Shown: positions 1 to 12,700, counted from the first letter of the stretch. The stretch: 64,000 bases of DNA from Bugula neritina (GCA_964035545.1 OZ037767.1:13563801-13627800), one strand, 5' to 3'. Made by a program: numbers and translations. The notes: a model not told the origin generated them from the letters alone.

Positions 1-15
1 CTGTACTCTCTACAG

Positions 16-827
16 AGAATGGTGAAAAATCATCATGTGACTTTATAATGGCTGAGCTATATATTCCACAGAGAAACAAACAGAAAACTCTACTGGCAAA
101 ACTCTAACTCAAATTTATTGAAAATAATTAGCTAACAATAGCTTTTTCACTTTTAAAAATATTATTTAAGAAAACATATTCACCAGATTTATTTTATGCA
201 TTTACATACCTAAACAGCTTAATTTATAAAATATTGTAAAAAGTGATGAAATGTAATTATGAAACAAAATTTTATAATATGCAATGTTACAACACATTTG
301 TTTTTGCTGCTCTATTTGTAAATATTTGCTGATTTAAATTTATTGTTTTATAATTTGAAACAGTTGGCCAGCTATCTGACAGAATAAAACACTAGATATA
401 AACCTTCAAGTACAAAGCATAACAAAGCGTGAGAAATTTTACCAAAGTTAAGTTGCAGAAGTTCTCTAAGTGAGTCTTTTAAATGTACATTGACTGAGTT
501 CCCACTAGCCACAGCTACTCTTTCTTCGCCAGTGCATATGGCAGTGCACTGATTAGCAGCCTATAAAAGTCAGGATTGTACGATAGTGGGTTTACTATAA
601 TATATCCTGAAAAATAATTGCCCCAACGTGCTAACCATTTCACTACAGAAGCTACAGTGGAATTCAAACAATACAATTGCATGTAAATATGTAACTGTAA
701 TATGATAATTTGCTTACGTCTAGCTGGACAGAGTTGTTACTAGAGCACCACATGGCAACTCAGATGTAAGTCTTGTCTTATATCCAAACCTAAAGTATAC
801 ACATTGATGTTTACAAAGGAAGGATAA
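16..827 (+). CDS. Possible 3' exons of an upstream gene (exons ~16-36, 724-765, 819-827); product unknown
   Basis: AG/GT-bounded segments that join in phase 0 (RMVKNHH|LDRVVTRAPHGNSD|EG*), strong gtaagt donor at 766, AATAAA near 1076. No recognisable homology. Confidence 0.2.
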
Positions 828-1810
828 CAACTTGCAAGATATGGAGATAGCAATGAGAAAAATGACTATTACCAATGCTATAAGCACAGTTGCAGGAAAG
901 TTTCATGGAGATTTCATACATCTAGATGATGTGCATAGAAGAGTCAGCATTATTTTCTGCTTTTGCAGAATCATGATCAGAGTGGCACTTTTTACATTCT
1001 ATTATAATCAATTATTCAATTATAAAAAAGTGTTACTTGCAGTTGTATAATTGCTAGTTGTTACATTGATATTAAAATAAAACTGGCATAGTTTGCTTAA
1101 AAAGTATCCAAGATTCTTAAAATGAATTGTAATTATAAGAAAACTTGAATATGGTCAACTAAAGTAATAGTTGATCACTTGATGCCAAAATGAATATGGT
1201 CCTTGACCTTTGCATTACTTGGTCTTAATCTTCGCAACACCAATAACTTTAATTTCAACTCATTATCATTATGATTATGATTACAAATACCTATAAGTAT
1301 AAGCCTAAGGCATTATGATCAGGCTAAAGTATGAGTGACTATAACTATTACTATTACTATTAGTATTAGTATAACATTAACTATTACGTATTACTATTAC
1401 TATTAGTGTTATAATAATTATTAAATGTAATATTCCTTAAATTCGTATTAATTATCAAATTTAATAATTAGAATTTAAATTATAATTATCAATATTTGAG
1501 ATTAAATATTTATATTATTTTAATGTTAAAAACTAACACTTAAAATTCAAGACAACGTAATTTACTAATTAGTAATTATAAAACTTAAACTTAAAGTTGA
1601 AGACTAAAGATCAAACTTCAAAGACTAAGACTAAGAGAACTAAGTAGACACTGACGGGTACCCATACCGGCCGTACTGGTAGTTTATTATTATTATTACC
1701 TCAGTTGAGGTAGGACTTCCGCAGCAACTGGAAAGTCTATAGGGAAGCCTCTAGTGAAAACTTACATTGGACCAGGGTTAGCACTAGTTACAGCATTTGC
1801 TGTTTCGTAA

Positions 1811-4582
1811 TTAGTTATTATATTCTCCGCGCATTTCACGAATTGTTCGTGGTAGAAAACTAGTGTGGAATAAGTTTTTCCTAGATGATATAGAGATAAG
1901 CTCTCCTCTGGCAGCCGCTCGAGTGGTTACAGTTACAAGTTCCCTGCCTTCAATTATTTCGTCATAGGCTCTGGATAGAGACTGGTGCTGATCCTCATTT
2001 TGAAGAATTCGGGTCAGCAAACACAGTCGATGATTTTTTCGTCTGTCTTTCAGCGACCGGAGTCCTAACTCATCCCTCGCCTCAGAAACACTGTCAGCAC
2101 GTCCCTTCATATTGCTTATAAATCGTATGGCACTGTTCTGGACCAGCTCTATATCATGCACTTTACCCCTAGCCGCAGGATCCCAAACCACATCCGCATA
2201 ATCGAGTATAGGCCTACATAGACTTGTATAAGCCAATAGCTTAGCATCTTTTGGGGCATCATACATCAAATGCTTGATGCCGCCAAGAATTTTCCGGGAC
2301 TTGGTACACTTGTTATTTATGTGTTGATCAAACTTTAGGTTTGACTGGATGGTTACCCCAAGGTATTTAGTGCTTTGTACCCACGCAAGGCATGTGGTAC
2401 CAAGTTTGTAGTGTGATATAGGGGTTACCTTACCAAAATTAATTGCTTGGCATTTCTGTTCATTGAAGGGCATTTTCCATTTTAGAGACCACTCATATAC
2501 AGCGTTAATATTAGTTTGGAATAGTTCTGCATCCTTAGTGGTGTTCACAGTTTGGTAAAGTAGAGTGTCATCAGCATAGAGGCTGACTTTACATGATAAC
2601 AAATCCGGAAGATCATTTATATAGCACAAAAACAGGATTGGGCCTAGCACAGATCCCTGCGGCACTCCTGAGGTTACTCGGCACTTTTGAGAGCTTGCCC
2701 CTCTAAGTACAACAGACTGCTGTCGGTCGGAAAGAAAATCGAGTATCCAGTTAAGGAGGTATCCATTTATACCCGGTATCTCTTGTAATTTTTGGAGCAA
2801 CATAAGGTGAGGTACCTTGTCAAAAGCCTTTTTGAAATCCATAACTACTGCATGGGTAGTATGTCCTTCATCGGCTGCTTTTACTAGGTCATGGTAGGTA
2901 ACACACAGTTGGGTTTGGCAGGACAGTCCTTTCCTAAAACCATGCTGTCGATGGTGAAGCACACTGTCAAGCTTTTCATTGAGGTGATGAAGCACGATGT
3001 GCTCCATCATTTTACAGGGAATACTTGTCAGGGATACGGGCCTAAAGTTGTTTGGAGATTCACTGCCCCCGCCTTTATGTATTGGTGTGACATTTGCAAG
3101 TTTCCACTGTTTTGGCAGTTTACCTGTGTCTAAGGAACTTTTGTAGATCAGAGCAAGACATCTAGCAGTACCCTCCAAGTCTATGAGCATGTCAGGCTTT
3201 CGAATTCCATCAGGTCCTGGCGATTTTCCATTTGGCAAATTTTGGATAAGTTTGGCAACCCCTTCTGGTGTAACATCAATAGAATCTTGGGCATCGGTTT
3301 CGATCCTTGAGAAGTCTTCTGCCATAAAGCCCAGCTGGAACTGACTCTGGAAAAAAGTGTTCAACAACTCAGCGCATTGGACAGGATCTTCCGTCACTAT
3401 ATTTTGATCGTCCTTCAGTACCAATAGCTCTTGTCTTTTGTTTTTGTCTGCTTTAAGCAGTTTGAAGAAAGGCTTTGAGTTCCCTCTTTTTAGTGGACGA
3501 TATATTCTGTTTGTGTAAAAGGTTTTTCGTATTACTTCCAGCTCTTTCTTCCCGTCTCTTCTCAGTTTTTTGTACTGTTCACGATCAAAGCTATTTGAGC
3601 TGACTTTGGATCGCCTATGTGCCTTCCTTACTCTTTCTTTGATTTTCATAGCTTTTTTATTGAACCACTCTGGGACAGAGGGGTGGGGTGATTTCAGCTG
3701 CTTGATTGGGACGTGCTGACCAATACTTCTTTGTAAGTTTTCCGCGAAGAGATTCCACATTTCCTCTGGGTCCTCCAAAACTGCTAATGCCTCTGATGTT
3801 TTTTGCATATCTTCCTGAAATGCTTCTTGATTGGCTTTCTTGTACAGCCGGAAAGTTTGTGGTTTTCTCAGGGTAGCGGTGGTTGCACTTTGGACATGAG
3901 TAATGATCAATGAATGATCACTAAGACCTGGGCTTATGATCTCAGTGTCACATATAACGTTAGGCTGGTTGGTGCATATTAAGTCCAGCGTGTTACCAAG
4001 AAGGTGTGTTGATCCTTTTACCACTTGAGTCATTTTATGGCTATTTAGTACATTAAGAAAATTCTGATGAATCTTTTTGTATGGGGTCAAGGGCTTTACT
4101 GCTTTTGTATTCCAGTCAATCCCTGGAAAGTTCATATCTCCAACAAACAAAATAGTGTGCCTTTGATACTCTCTTTGTAGGTAATCCAAAATATCATTTA
4201 TAACATCTGTGTTGGAGAGATGTACATAAGGTCTGTAGTAACAGCAGATGACCATTTGTGGTTGAATTTTCACTGCTACCACCTCTTCCCTATACTCACT
4301 AAGATCTACTAGTTTGGGATTTAAACGGTCGCATACAGCCACCATAACTCCTCCCCCACAAATGTTGCGATCACGACGAAATACTGTTTTGTTCTTGATT
4401 GGTAGAATATTGCTATTAGGTATTGTGTCATCTAGGTGTGTTTCAGTGAGACAAATTATGTCAGAATCTGTGGTGAGAAATTGCAGTTCAGTGGTTTTAC
4501 CTTTAACAGATCTAGTGTTGGCGAGGAATACTTTCAGCATTCCGTCACTCTCTTTTGCTGGACTTGTTTCATTATTTTCCAT
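1811..4582 (-). CDS. LINE ORF2: AP-like endonuclease plus reverse transcriptase (923 aa)
   Basis: APE motifs LANTRS, CLTETHL, YRP, GDMN, LDL, SDH; RT motifs GPDGI, FRPVSLTS, QHGFRKG, DFKKAFD, GVPQGSVLGP, YADD, KYLG. No stops or frameshifts. Confidence 0.96.
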   Translation of the reverse strand: MENNETSPAKESDGMLKVFLANTRSVKGKTTELQFLTTDSDIICLTETHLDDTIPNSNILPIKNKTVFRRDRNICGGGVMVAVCDRLNPKLVDLSEYREEVVAVKIQPQMVICCYYRPYVHLSNTDVINDILDYLQREYQRHTILFVGDMNFPGIDWNTKAVKPLTPYKKIHQNFLNVLNSHKMTQVVKGSTHLLGNTLDLICTNQPNVICDTEIISPGLSDHSLIITHVQSATTATLRKPQTFRLYKKANQEAFQEDMQKTSEALAVLEDPEEMWNLFAENLQRSIGQHVPIKQLKSPHPSVPEWFNKKAMKIKERVRKAHRRSKVSSNSFDREQYKKLRRDGKKELEVIRKTFYTNRIYRPLKRGNSKPFFKLLKADKNKRQELLVLKDDQNIVTEDPVQCAELLNTFFQSQFQLGFMAEDFSRIETDAQDSIDVTPEGVAKLIQNLPNGKSPGPDGIRKPDMLIDLEGTARCLALIYKSSLDTGKLPKQWKLANVTPIHKGGGSESPNNFRPVSLTSIPCKMMEHIVLHHLNEKLDSVLHHRQHGFRKGLSCQTQLCVTYHDLVKAADEGHTTHAVVMDFKKAFDKVPHLMLLQKLQEIPGINGYLLNWILDFLSDRQQSVVLRGASSQKCRVTSGVPQGSVLGPILFLCYINDLPDLLSCKVSLYADDTLLYQTVNTTKDAELFQTNINAVYEWSLKWKMPFNEQKCQAINFGKVTPISHYKLGTTCLAWVQSTKYLGVTIQSNLKFDQHINNKCTKSRKILGGIKHLMYDAPKDAKLLAYTSLCRPILDYADVVWDPAARGKVHDIELVQNSAIRFISNMKGRADSVSEARDELGLRSLKDRRKNHRLCLLTRILQNEDQHQSLSRAYDEIIEGRELVTVTTRAAARGELISISSRKNLFHTSFLPRTIREMRGEYNN

Positions 4583-5544
4583 TCCCCCGAGGCTTGCTTT
4601 TCTTGTATATGCATGTCTCTCACTCGATATGCTATAGATGTATTTTCCTCTCTAAGCCTGTTAACTTCCTTTCTCAGCTGGAATTGTTGATTTCGGATTT
4701 CTTTGCTTTCATCAAGTCTGCAGTAAATACCTTGTTCTCTCAGTATTTGATTGTTGAACCTTTTAACGAACTCCCATTTTGATTGCTCATCCTCAAATCT
4801 CACCTTGATTGGACGTTTTTGTACATCATTTTCTGTTTTTTTTTCTAGCCTAAAAGCCTGAGTTGGTGAGTTGGTTTTGGTAAAACATTCCATTCTCATT
4901 AGTTCTTGTACCTGCTCCATTGCTGTTTTACCATCTTTCTCAGTGACCCCGGTAACGATAGCGTTGCTCTTCCTACTTTCTTCTTCCCTCAGTTGGTGAC
5001 TCTTTTCTATCAATGTTTTTGCATCCGCCGCAATCTGTTTATTCTTGTCAATGTTCTCAAGATTTTGCTTGACGACATCGGACCACTTCTGTTCCATCTC
5101 ACTCAATTTATGGCTTTGTTCAGCAATTACCTTCACTATCCTCTCTATGTTGTCAATCTGCTGTGTTGTTTTTTGAGTCATGGGCTGTGTTAGACTCTCT
5201 ACATGTAGGCTGTTTTCTGTTTTATCTCTGCAGTCACTGCACTTCCAGCTCACGCCTTTCTCTGCCAACTTAGTTATGCACGATACATCAGCTGGCTGCA
5301 GGTCCTGGCATATTCCATGGTACCATTGGTTGCAGAGATCACAGGTAATCCACTTAGTGAGAACCTTGATTTGCCTGTTGTTCCTCCCTTGGAGAGTGCA
5401 ATCTGACTCATTGCATGTGGCACATCTTTCCTCATGGTTACTACTGATATCGATGTTGCTACCCCTATTATCCGCCTGCCCATCTTCAAGTCGTTTTGAT
5501 TCAGAGTTCACTGGCTGAGATTCTATTTTTTTACTTTTGGTCAT
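4534..5544 (-). CDS. LINE ORF1: PHD finger, coiled coil and RRM-like C-terminus (336 aa)
   Basis: C4HC3 pattern (CATC...WITCDLCNQWYHGIC...WKCSDC), coiled-coil stretch, SNAIVTGV...RPIKVRF motifs typical of CR1/L2 ORF1. Confidence 0.9.
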   Translation of the reverse strand: MTKSKKIESQPVNSESKRLEDGQADNRGSNIDISSNHEERCATCNESDCTLQGRNNRQIKVLTKWITCDLCNQWYHGICQDLQPADVSCITKLAEKGVSWKCSDCRDKTENSLHVESLTQPMTQKTTQQIDNIERIVKVIAEQSHKLSEMEQKWSDVVKQNLENIDKNKQIAADAKTLIEKSHQLREEESRKSNAIVTGVTEKDGKTAMEQVQELMRMECFTKTNSPTQAFRLEKKTENDVQKRPIKVRFEDEQSKWEFVKRFNNQILREQGIYCRLDESKEIRNQQFQLRKEVNRLREENTSIAYRVRDMHIQEKQASGEWKIMKQVQQKRVTEC

Positions 5545-6459
5545 CTTGGTACGGTGGTGGCAGTGTAAAATAAATTGTATAAACTAATTGAATTATTTAA
5601 ATAATTTCGTAAATACCCTGGTACCTATAAATGCTTGAAAAATATTTTTAAACTAGAGGCTATCCCTAATTATGTATAATTTTGAACCCAATTTGGTAAA
5701 GAACTCAAATCATAAAAATTTAGCGTCCGATCGCATTATAATAATAACATAAATTAAAAAAAATATTTGTATTAGGCTAATTATCAATCAATTTAGTTAA
5801 ACTTAATGTTATGCTTACAGTTACACTTACAGCATTAGTACAGTAGTACTAGTAGTAGTACTAAAAGCAAATGCTACTACTACTACTAGTACTACTACTA
5901 CTAGTTTTACTAAACTTGTTAATTTAAACCAAGTTAAAGTTACAAACTACTCATGCTCAAACTTAGTTATTGGTACCGGCTCTGACAATTCACCCCCTAT
6001 AACATTCAAAATGAATAAAATTATGTAATAATATTATATAGGTACAATTTGTTAAATGAAAACGACTAACTTCAACTCTACAGCACATCTAGATTTTAAT
6101 ATTTTGGATCATGATGTTAACTCAAAATGCAAAGACTGGAAGAGTAAGACTGAAGACACACAGATAGCTAATGCTATTGCCTATCACTTAGGGTCTATAG
6201 CTATTGTTAAACTTAATATTAAACTTAAAGTTAATAATAATATTAATAATAATATATTAATATTATATATTATTATAATGATAATTACAGTTTGTGATCT
6301 AAAAGAAATACACAGAATAAATCAAAAATAAAAATAGGAAAAAATCAACAAAATATTCTGTGGTAACCTAGTTTTTAAAGTTGATGAATTTGATAATCAT
6401 GATGATTATCACCTTGATAATTGTTTCTCGCTTTCTGTTCAAAACAATTCAATGAGGTT

Positions 6460-6660
6460 AAAACTCCCGCTAAACTGTTTAATGTAAAATATTGTTCGGC
6501 ATATTAAAGATATATATCGATGCCTTTTTAGTTCTGAGAAAGAGTCCGTTTCGCTGCGACTCCATCAGCGAGTACATTTAATCAATGTGTTTTCGTTCTC
6601 ATAGTAATCACAGTGCCGCAGAAAATAACAATCTGCCTCGCCTTCGTTTACTGTAGAAGT
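6460..6660. promoter_or_regulatory. CpG-richer putative promoter of PPP1R36
   Basis: Local CpG enrichment ~100-300 nt upstream of the ATG at 6759; E2F-like ctcccgctaaa near 6464. Confidence 0.45.
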
Positions 6661-6758
6661 ACATTTGTCTAGTCCGTACTAATTATAGTAATACTAATAG
6701 TAATAGTGATAAGTACTGCACTTACCGTCATAAAACTTATTTAGATACTGCCTAGAAA

Positions 6759-9700
6759 ATGACTCAAAAATCATCCACTGCGTTAGAAAAAGTAAGTAAG
6801 ATACTAAGAATCTTGAATTGTTCTAATAATGACTTTGAAAATAAAAATGCTTAATCAATTATTGTCATAATCAATATCAATATGAATAATAATATTGAGG
6901 TTGTTCAACTTTTACTTCACAAATTAAATAAATACTAATAAATAATAAAGTTTTTAAAATGATAGTGACACAATCTTTTTAGCTTTTATTTGTTGAAAAA
7001 TATCTAATGTTACTTTCTACTCTATCAGTCATTAACTAGGTAAGAAATTATTAACAACAATTTCAAATTTAGTTGAAAATGTTATACTTGCCACAACAGT
7101 TACAAATTTGCAACTTCAAGTCAACAAAGAGTTCAATTAGTAGTTTTGCACTTTGCAGAGTTTTTAATTTTCTAGCTAATTTCATCAAACATATTTTCAA
7201 TTTAGATTCAATTTAACCACATTGTGATAGTTCTGATTATCCATCAACTTTGTTTTGTTTTAAAGTTTTCTGTTCCTTTGGGAGTGAAGTGGAATCTAAA
7301 AACCAATGAAGATGGCAGTTTAGAATGGCAGGCAGAAACTAAAAGGTATGTACATCACTTTAAATGCATTTTGCCTTACTGGGACTTGAACCCGAGACCT
7401 CCAGCTTTCAAGCAGGCGCACGCTAATCATCACACCATAGGGACTACTGGGTGCTCACAACACTACATCATACGCAGTTCTCAAGAATGCCACTGGCCTC
7501 TTTACTACTCCTTCAGTCTTCAGGCTCCCCTGGCCTTTCCACTCCCAACTTCACTAAAAGCTGAAATAGCTTATAAAATAATTTTGCCCTTACTGGGATT
7601 CAAACCCGAGACCTCCAGCTTACAAGCACGGGAACTACTGAGTAATCACAACACTTCAATCACTATGATGTTTTCTATTCCATCAAGATTATACAAAGAG
7701 TCACCAACGATTCTAATTATTGTTTTGTTTCTAGCTACCCAATAATAGCACTGCGTTTCATGAGGTAATAATATTGGAGTTAATTGTTTACCATAGGAGC
7801 TTTTTCAGACATATTACATAGTAAAACTAGCAAGTTTCAATACCTAAGCTATAGAATATGGACTATGATTATACTGACTGTTGCGTGAGAAAATAAAGTT
7901 GAAGGAAAAATAAAATTTGAAGTGACAATCATTTTATTTTAGTGGTGCTCTAGCAGCTGATAGCAGAGACAAAAGAAAGCGCATGAAAGCTACTGACATC
8001 AAGCATGTTGGAAATACAAAACGAGTTGATCGAGTGTCTTCAAATACAACCAATAAACAGCGAGCAACAGCAGCTGCGACAGCGCCATTGCGTAAGTATT
8101 TAGTAGCAGTTCATTGTGGGTATGTATTGGGTACATATGTGTTATCAAAAATACATTTTGGTAAGAGTGTGTTACCAAATAAGCCATTATTGTGTTTGGT
8201 AACCATTTACAAATATTTCCGTTTGAATAAATATTAAACATTAGTTAGTCTTACAGAGCCAAAAATGTGTAAATTTAATATTGTAATTTAGCAACTAGAC
8301 CAGGGGTTAGCAACTTCTTTTACATGAAGATTAAGTGCAAAAGTCAACCGAAATGAAGGGCCACATGATTGGACACATTTTAAAGTTTTTTGTAATAAAA
8401 TAGTTTCTCACCAAACTTATTCTGTGCTAATCAGAATCCACATAGCAGTTTTTACTTATCTTGAGCATTAAAAGAGTCACTGAAAAATGGAGAAAGGGCC
8501 ACAAGTGGCCCTGGGGCGCTTCAGTTACCCTGCACTAGATTATTGTGATGGTTTGAATAAGTATCTATAAACATCCTTAGTTTTATGATTAAAAAAAGTG
8601 TGCGTTTTAAATCATATATGACAATTTATAGAAGTAAGAGGTCGCCATGGAAACAGACACGCATCACCGTCAAGAGTTAGAAAGACTAAAAACCAATTGG
8701 TCATGTTGGAAGACATCAAAGCTGTAGCCTACGATCAGCTGATTGAAATAGCCTCCAGTCCCATAGCTTCAGATTTTGATGACATCATATTCAGGTAATA
8801 TCTAAACATCATATCCACTCTTGTACGTTACTTGTATGGTATAAATATTCTCATCAAATTCTTTTTAAAAATTGAAATTGAAATCAACTTGGTTATATGT
8901 TACATTGATTTGTTCTACCATCTATATGCCTGGAGGATAATTTTCTAAAAAAGATGTAACATATAAGTTTCAGTTAACTAAAAACATAAACTGTTTGAAT
9001 AAGATTGAGCCTTTCGTAGCTTCATTTTCTAGAACTTGACTAATAATAATCACATAATAGTATACACGTCTCGATAAAACATATCAGACAAAAGTGTTTG
9101 ATGATATTGTGGTAAACTAGGCATAGCATAAATTTAATTATCTAAATTAAAAAAATATTTTGTATCTTTATAATGCTTATATTTGCACATTTTATTAGTC
9201 ATTAATTATATATACTCTTTGATTAATTCATTCATACATCTATACAAGTCATATATATGCTCTTTTACTTCACAGTGCTCCACAGTTTGATGAACTGCTA
9301 TACAACATGCTCTACTACTATGACTGTTTCTTCAAGAAAGAGGATTTGCAACTAAAAGGTCTTACTTCAACTAGCATGTGAGTCAGCTGTGGTTTCAGCC
9401 AATCAAACTTCTTCATCAGCACTGTTTACCAATCAAATTCAGCAACACTAAATTGTTTGTATAAAGATTGTGACTGGTCAATTGTATTAACATAATGTTT
9501 TTAGAAAGTAATGAACAGAATAATATGCATACTTTTTACCTGGCTATATAACATATAAAACTAAACAATAGTCATTATATAATTTAATGTGGTCTTTAAC
9601 CAATCAGATCTAACAATATTGCGTGCGAGTAAAGTAAGCTGCAATTGGTTAGCTGCTACGGTAATATAAATGTTAATTATTGTGTTTAGGAACATTTCAT

Positions 9701-12700
9701 TTTGTCAAAGTGTACAAATATTTAAACATGATTTATATGCTTTATGAATTTTCTGTTTAATACACTTAAACTAGAAATACTATTAACAGAACACTATCTC
9801 TTGTACTCTACAGTGAACCTGGACAAACTGAGAGAAAGGTATTTGGAGACGCCTGCGCCAGAGTTGAGTTAGCTAGAAAGAAGTTAGGAAGAGCGTACTG
9901 TCATTTAGTACTGGGGGTGGGCTTAGATGAGGCTCATCATATGGGGTGTGGCAGGTGGGCATTCAGTGTACATATGAATATTATATGTAAATGTTAATGA
10001 GTTGAAAGATTCTAACATGAAAGGAGATTTATTGAATGTGTAGATGTATGATATAATTATGCAAAAAGAGAAATTTCTGTGACTGTTTGGTTATTTCAAT
10101 TTAATCATTACATTGGCTTTTTAACTAAAAAGCATGGTGCATTGATTATGTTGAAAAGTGTTTTGTATTTATAACTGTAAACTATCATCATTGACAAAAT
10201 CTAGTCATATTATTTTATGTGGGCTAATTTTTATTTCATGTTTTTAGTAAACGAGTTTCAAACACAAAAAGGGATAGAGAGCTGTATGAGGTAAGACTCC
10301 TGCATTATATATGGTAGAAGGAGCTGGTGTATTGTGGCTCAGTTTTAGAATGCAATCGAAGTCTCTAAAATTGTAACTTTTTATAAAAATAGTTTTTTTT
10401 TTATATTTTGCAATTATTTATTCAATCATACTTTAGCAATGCAGTTTTGAGTTATTTACTAAGCACCTTAACGAATATTTTACTTATATCCAAGTGATTA
10501 CACTTTGTACTCTACTTTCCTTCTACAAGCACCTTGTTCTCACCTGCAAATGCATTCACAATTTATTGTAGCCTATGTTCTATTGATATTTACATTTGAT
10601 TTAATACTAGTTTATAAGTGGGTTTACTCAATATCTGCATTCTATTTGCGCTTAATCTTATAGAAGTGTTCTGCTCATCTGAACATCATGTAATATAATG
10701 TATATCTATTCCCAGGTTCTTTACATTATATAGTAGTATATGTATATATCTATTCTCAGGTTCTTTACATTATATAGTAATATATTATACGTATCTATTC
10801 CCAGGTTCTTTACAGTATGTAGTAATATATGTGTATCTATTCTCAGGTTCTTTACAGTATATAGCAATATAATGTTTATCTATTTATGCAGGTTATTCAC
10901 AGTATATAGTAATATATATGTCTACCTATTCTTGGGTTATTTACAGTATATAGTAATATATGTATCTATCTATTCCTAGGTTCTCTACACATACTGCTGC
11001 TTCGTCGTGTGGATTACATTCAGAAGGAGTAACTATGATGTCATCAAGAAGGAAATGGGAACTCTCTTACGATCCGACACATTCAACTTAGCCATCAGAG
11101 TGAAGAATGCTCCGGAAAATGGTGTGTCTATCAGTTTGTATCTTTCTATTCTTGTAAACCTTCATCATACTCAACATTTTCACACTAAAGTATATTTAAA
11201 TGTAACTGTGGTCAATATGACCAGCAAGTTTATGTATATTTTATGTACTACAACTCACCATTCCACATATAACTATTGCTGAACCGAATTTACTAAATAT
11301 ATGGTTCATCAATGATGCTCAATCATGCTCATATCTGTAGTTATAATTTATAGTTTATTAAACTTTGATTCCATCTGGTAGATTGTCTATCAATTGTGTT
11401 TCAGATGAGGATGAGAAAACTGATGTGAAAAATCCTAAGAAAAAGATGTCTCCTGCAGAGTACAGACGCCTTCATCCGTGAGTTTTAAATCATTGCTCTT
11501 CCCAGCTTAGCAGTAGCTCCTCCCAGCTCAGCAGTAGCTCCTCACAGCTCAGCAGTAGCTCCTCCCAGCCTAACAGTAGCTCCTCCCAGCTTAGCAGTAG
11601 CTCCTCCCAGCTTAACAGTAGCTCCTCCCAGCTCAACAGTAGCTCCTCCCAGCCTAACAGTAGCTCCTTCCAGTCAAGCAGTAGCTCCTCCCAGCTTAAA
11701 AGTAGCTCCTCCCAGCTTAACAGTAGCTCCTCCCAGCTCAACAGTAGCTCCTCCCAGCTCAACAGAAGCTCCTCCCATTTTGGACTAGTTTAGTAGTAGC
11801 TCCTGCCACATATTAGGCTGGTGTAATAGTAGTTACTCCCTCACCTATTTGAGTATAGGGCATAGCAGTAGGAATTTCATTATTCTGCGATACAGTTGCT
11901 CAACAATTTCACTTTTACATACTAAGGTTTTTTCTCATCTGTTAACTTACTGTCTTTCTTTGATTTCAGGAAGCGGCCAGCTATTAAAAGCATTATAAAG
12001 TAAGTTTATTCATTCTTTATAAAATACTTTTAGCTATACGCACTTATATTGTGGTTTTGCTATTTACATAATGATATATCGTCTGATATACACTGTACAT
12101 ATAAATAAATATTACTTTTTAGTCAGCGGTCTCCTGCAATTGTTTCTATTCTACCATCTTCGAGGGAAGAGGCAGCTCATCTGTTTACCCATAAGCGTTC
12201 TCCTTCACCTTCGTAAGTCATTCTTTAAGTTGAGACCTTAAAGCTAAACTGAAGTCTTTTGTTTTGCCAAATTTTTATTTATCATATATTTGTTACTTTT
12301 TAAATAAAGTATGTGCAATTTGTAATAAGAGTAGCTATTCAAGAATATGTAGTAGCCAAACTTATTTTAATTCTAATAAATTTTCCAACACAGTTCGCTA
12401 ATGGCCAGTGCTGGAGCTACTCTGACTAATGACTCAGAGTTAAACCTAGTGCAGGAAGAACTGAGAATGGTAGACCTAAAAATACACAGTAGGAGCATCA
12501 GGTGGGTTGGTAAAACTGTTTGTTTGCGTTATACTCGCGTATATAAAGGCACTTGCCGAGTAGATAATTATGTTATCCAGTAATAAGAATTATCGCATAT
12601 GACTCTTAAATGTGTTAAAAGAACACAGTTGGTTTAAGGTCATTACTTTCCAGATTCAGGCACTGCTTTATGTTATATATAAACGGTTTCCAGGGGATAG

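Larger units (their letters stand above)
1683..5740 (-). mobile_element. Near full-length CR1-group non-LTR retrotransposon (LINE)
   Basis: Two intact overlapping ORFs (PHD ORF1, APE-RT ORF2), short 3' UTR with stem-loop cctca-gt-tgagg (1699-1710) and a (TAA)n tail at 1683-1697. The 5' boundary is approximate and no TSD was found. Confidence 0.92.

Noticed and set aside
8641-8654. RFX X-box-like gtcgccatggaaac
   Set aside because: Lies in a coding exon ~2 kb from the promoter; a similar motif is in a URB2 exon (~42674), so probably chance.
11490-11762. SWEELLL heptad-repeat ORF
   Set aside because: Translation of the 21-bp intronic minisatellite; no ATG, and intron retention on + hits TGA at once.
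12624-12660. CACAGT terminus as RSS/Transib-RAG-like end
   Set aside because: No nonamer at 12 or 23 spacing and no 5-bp TSD.
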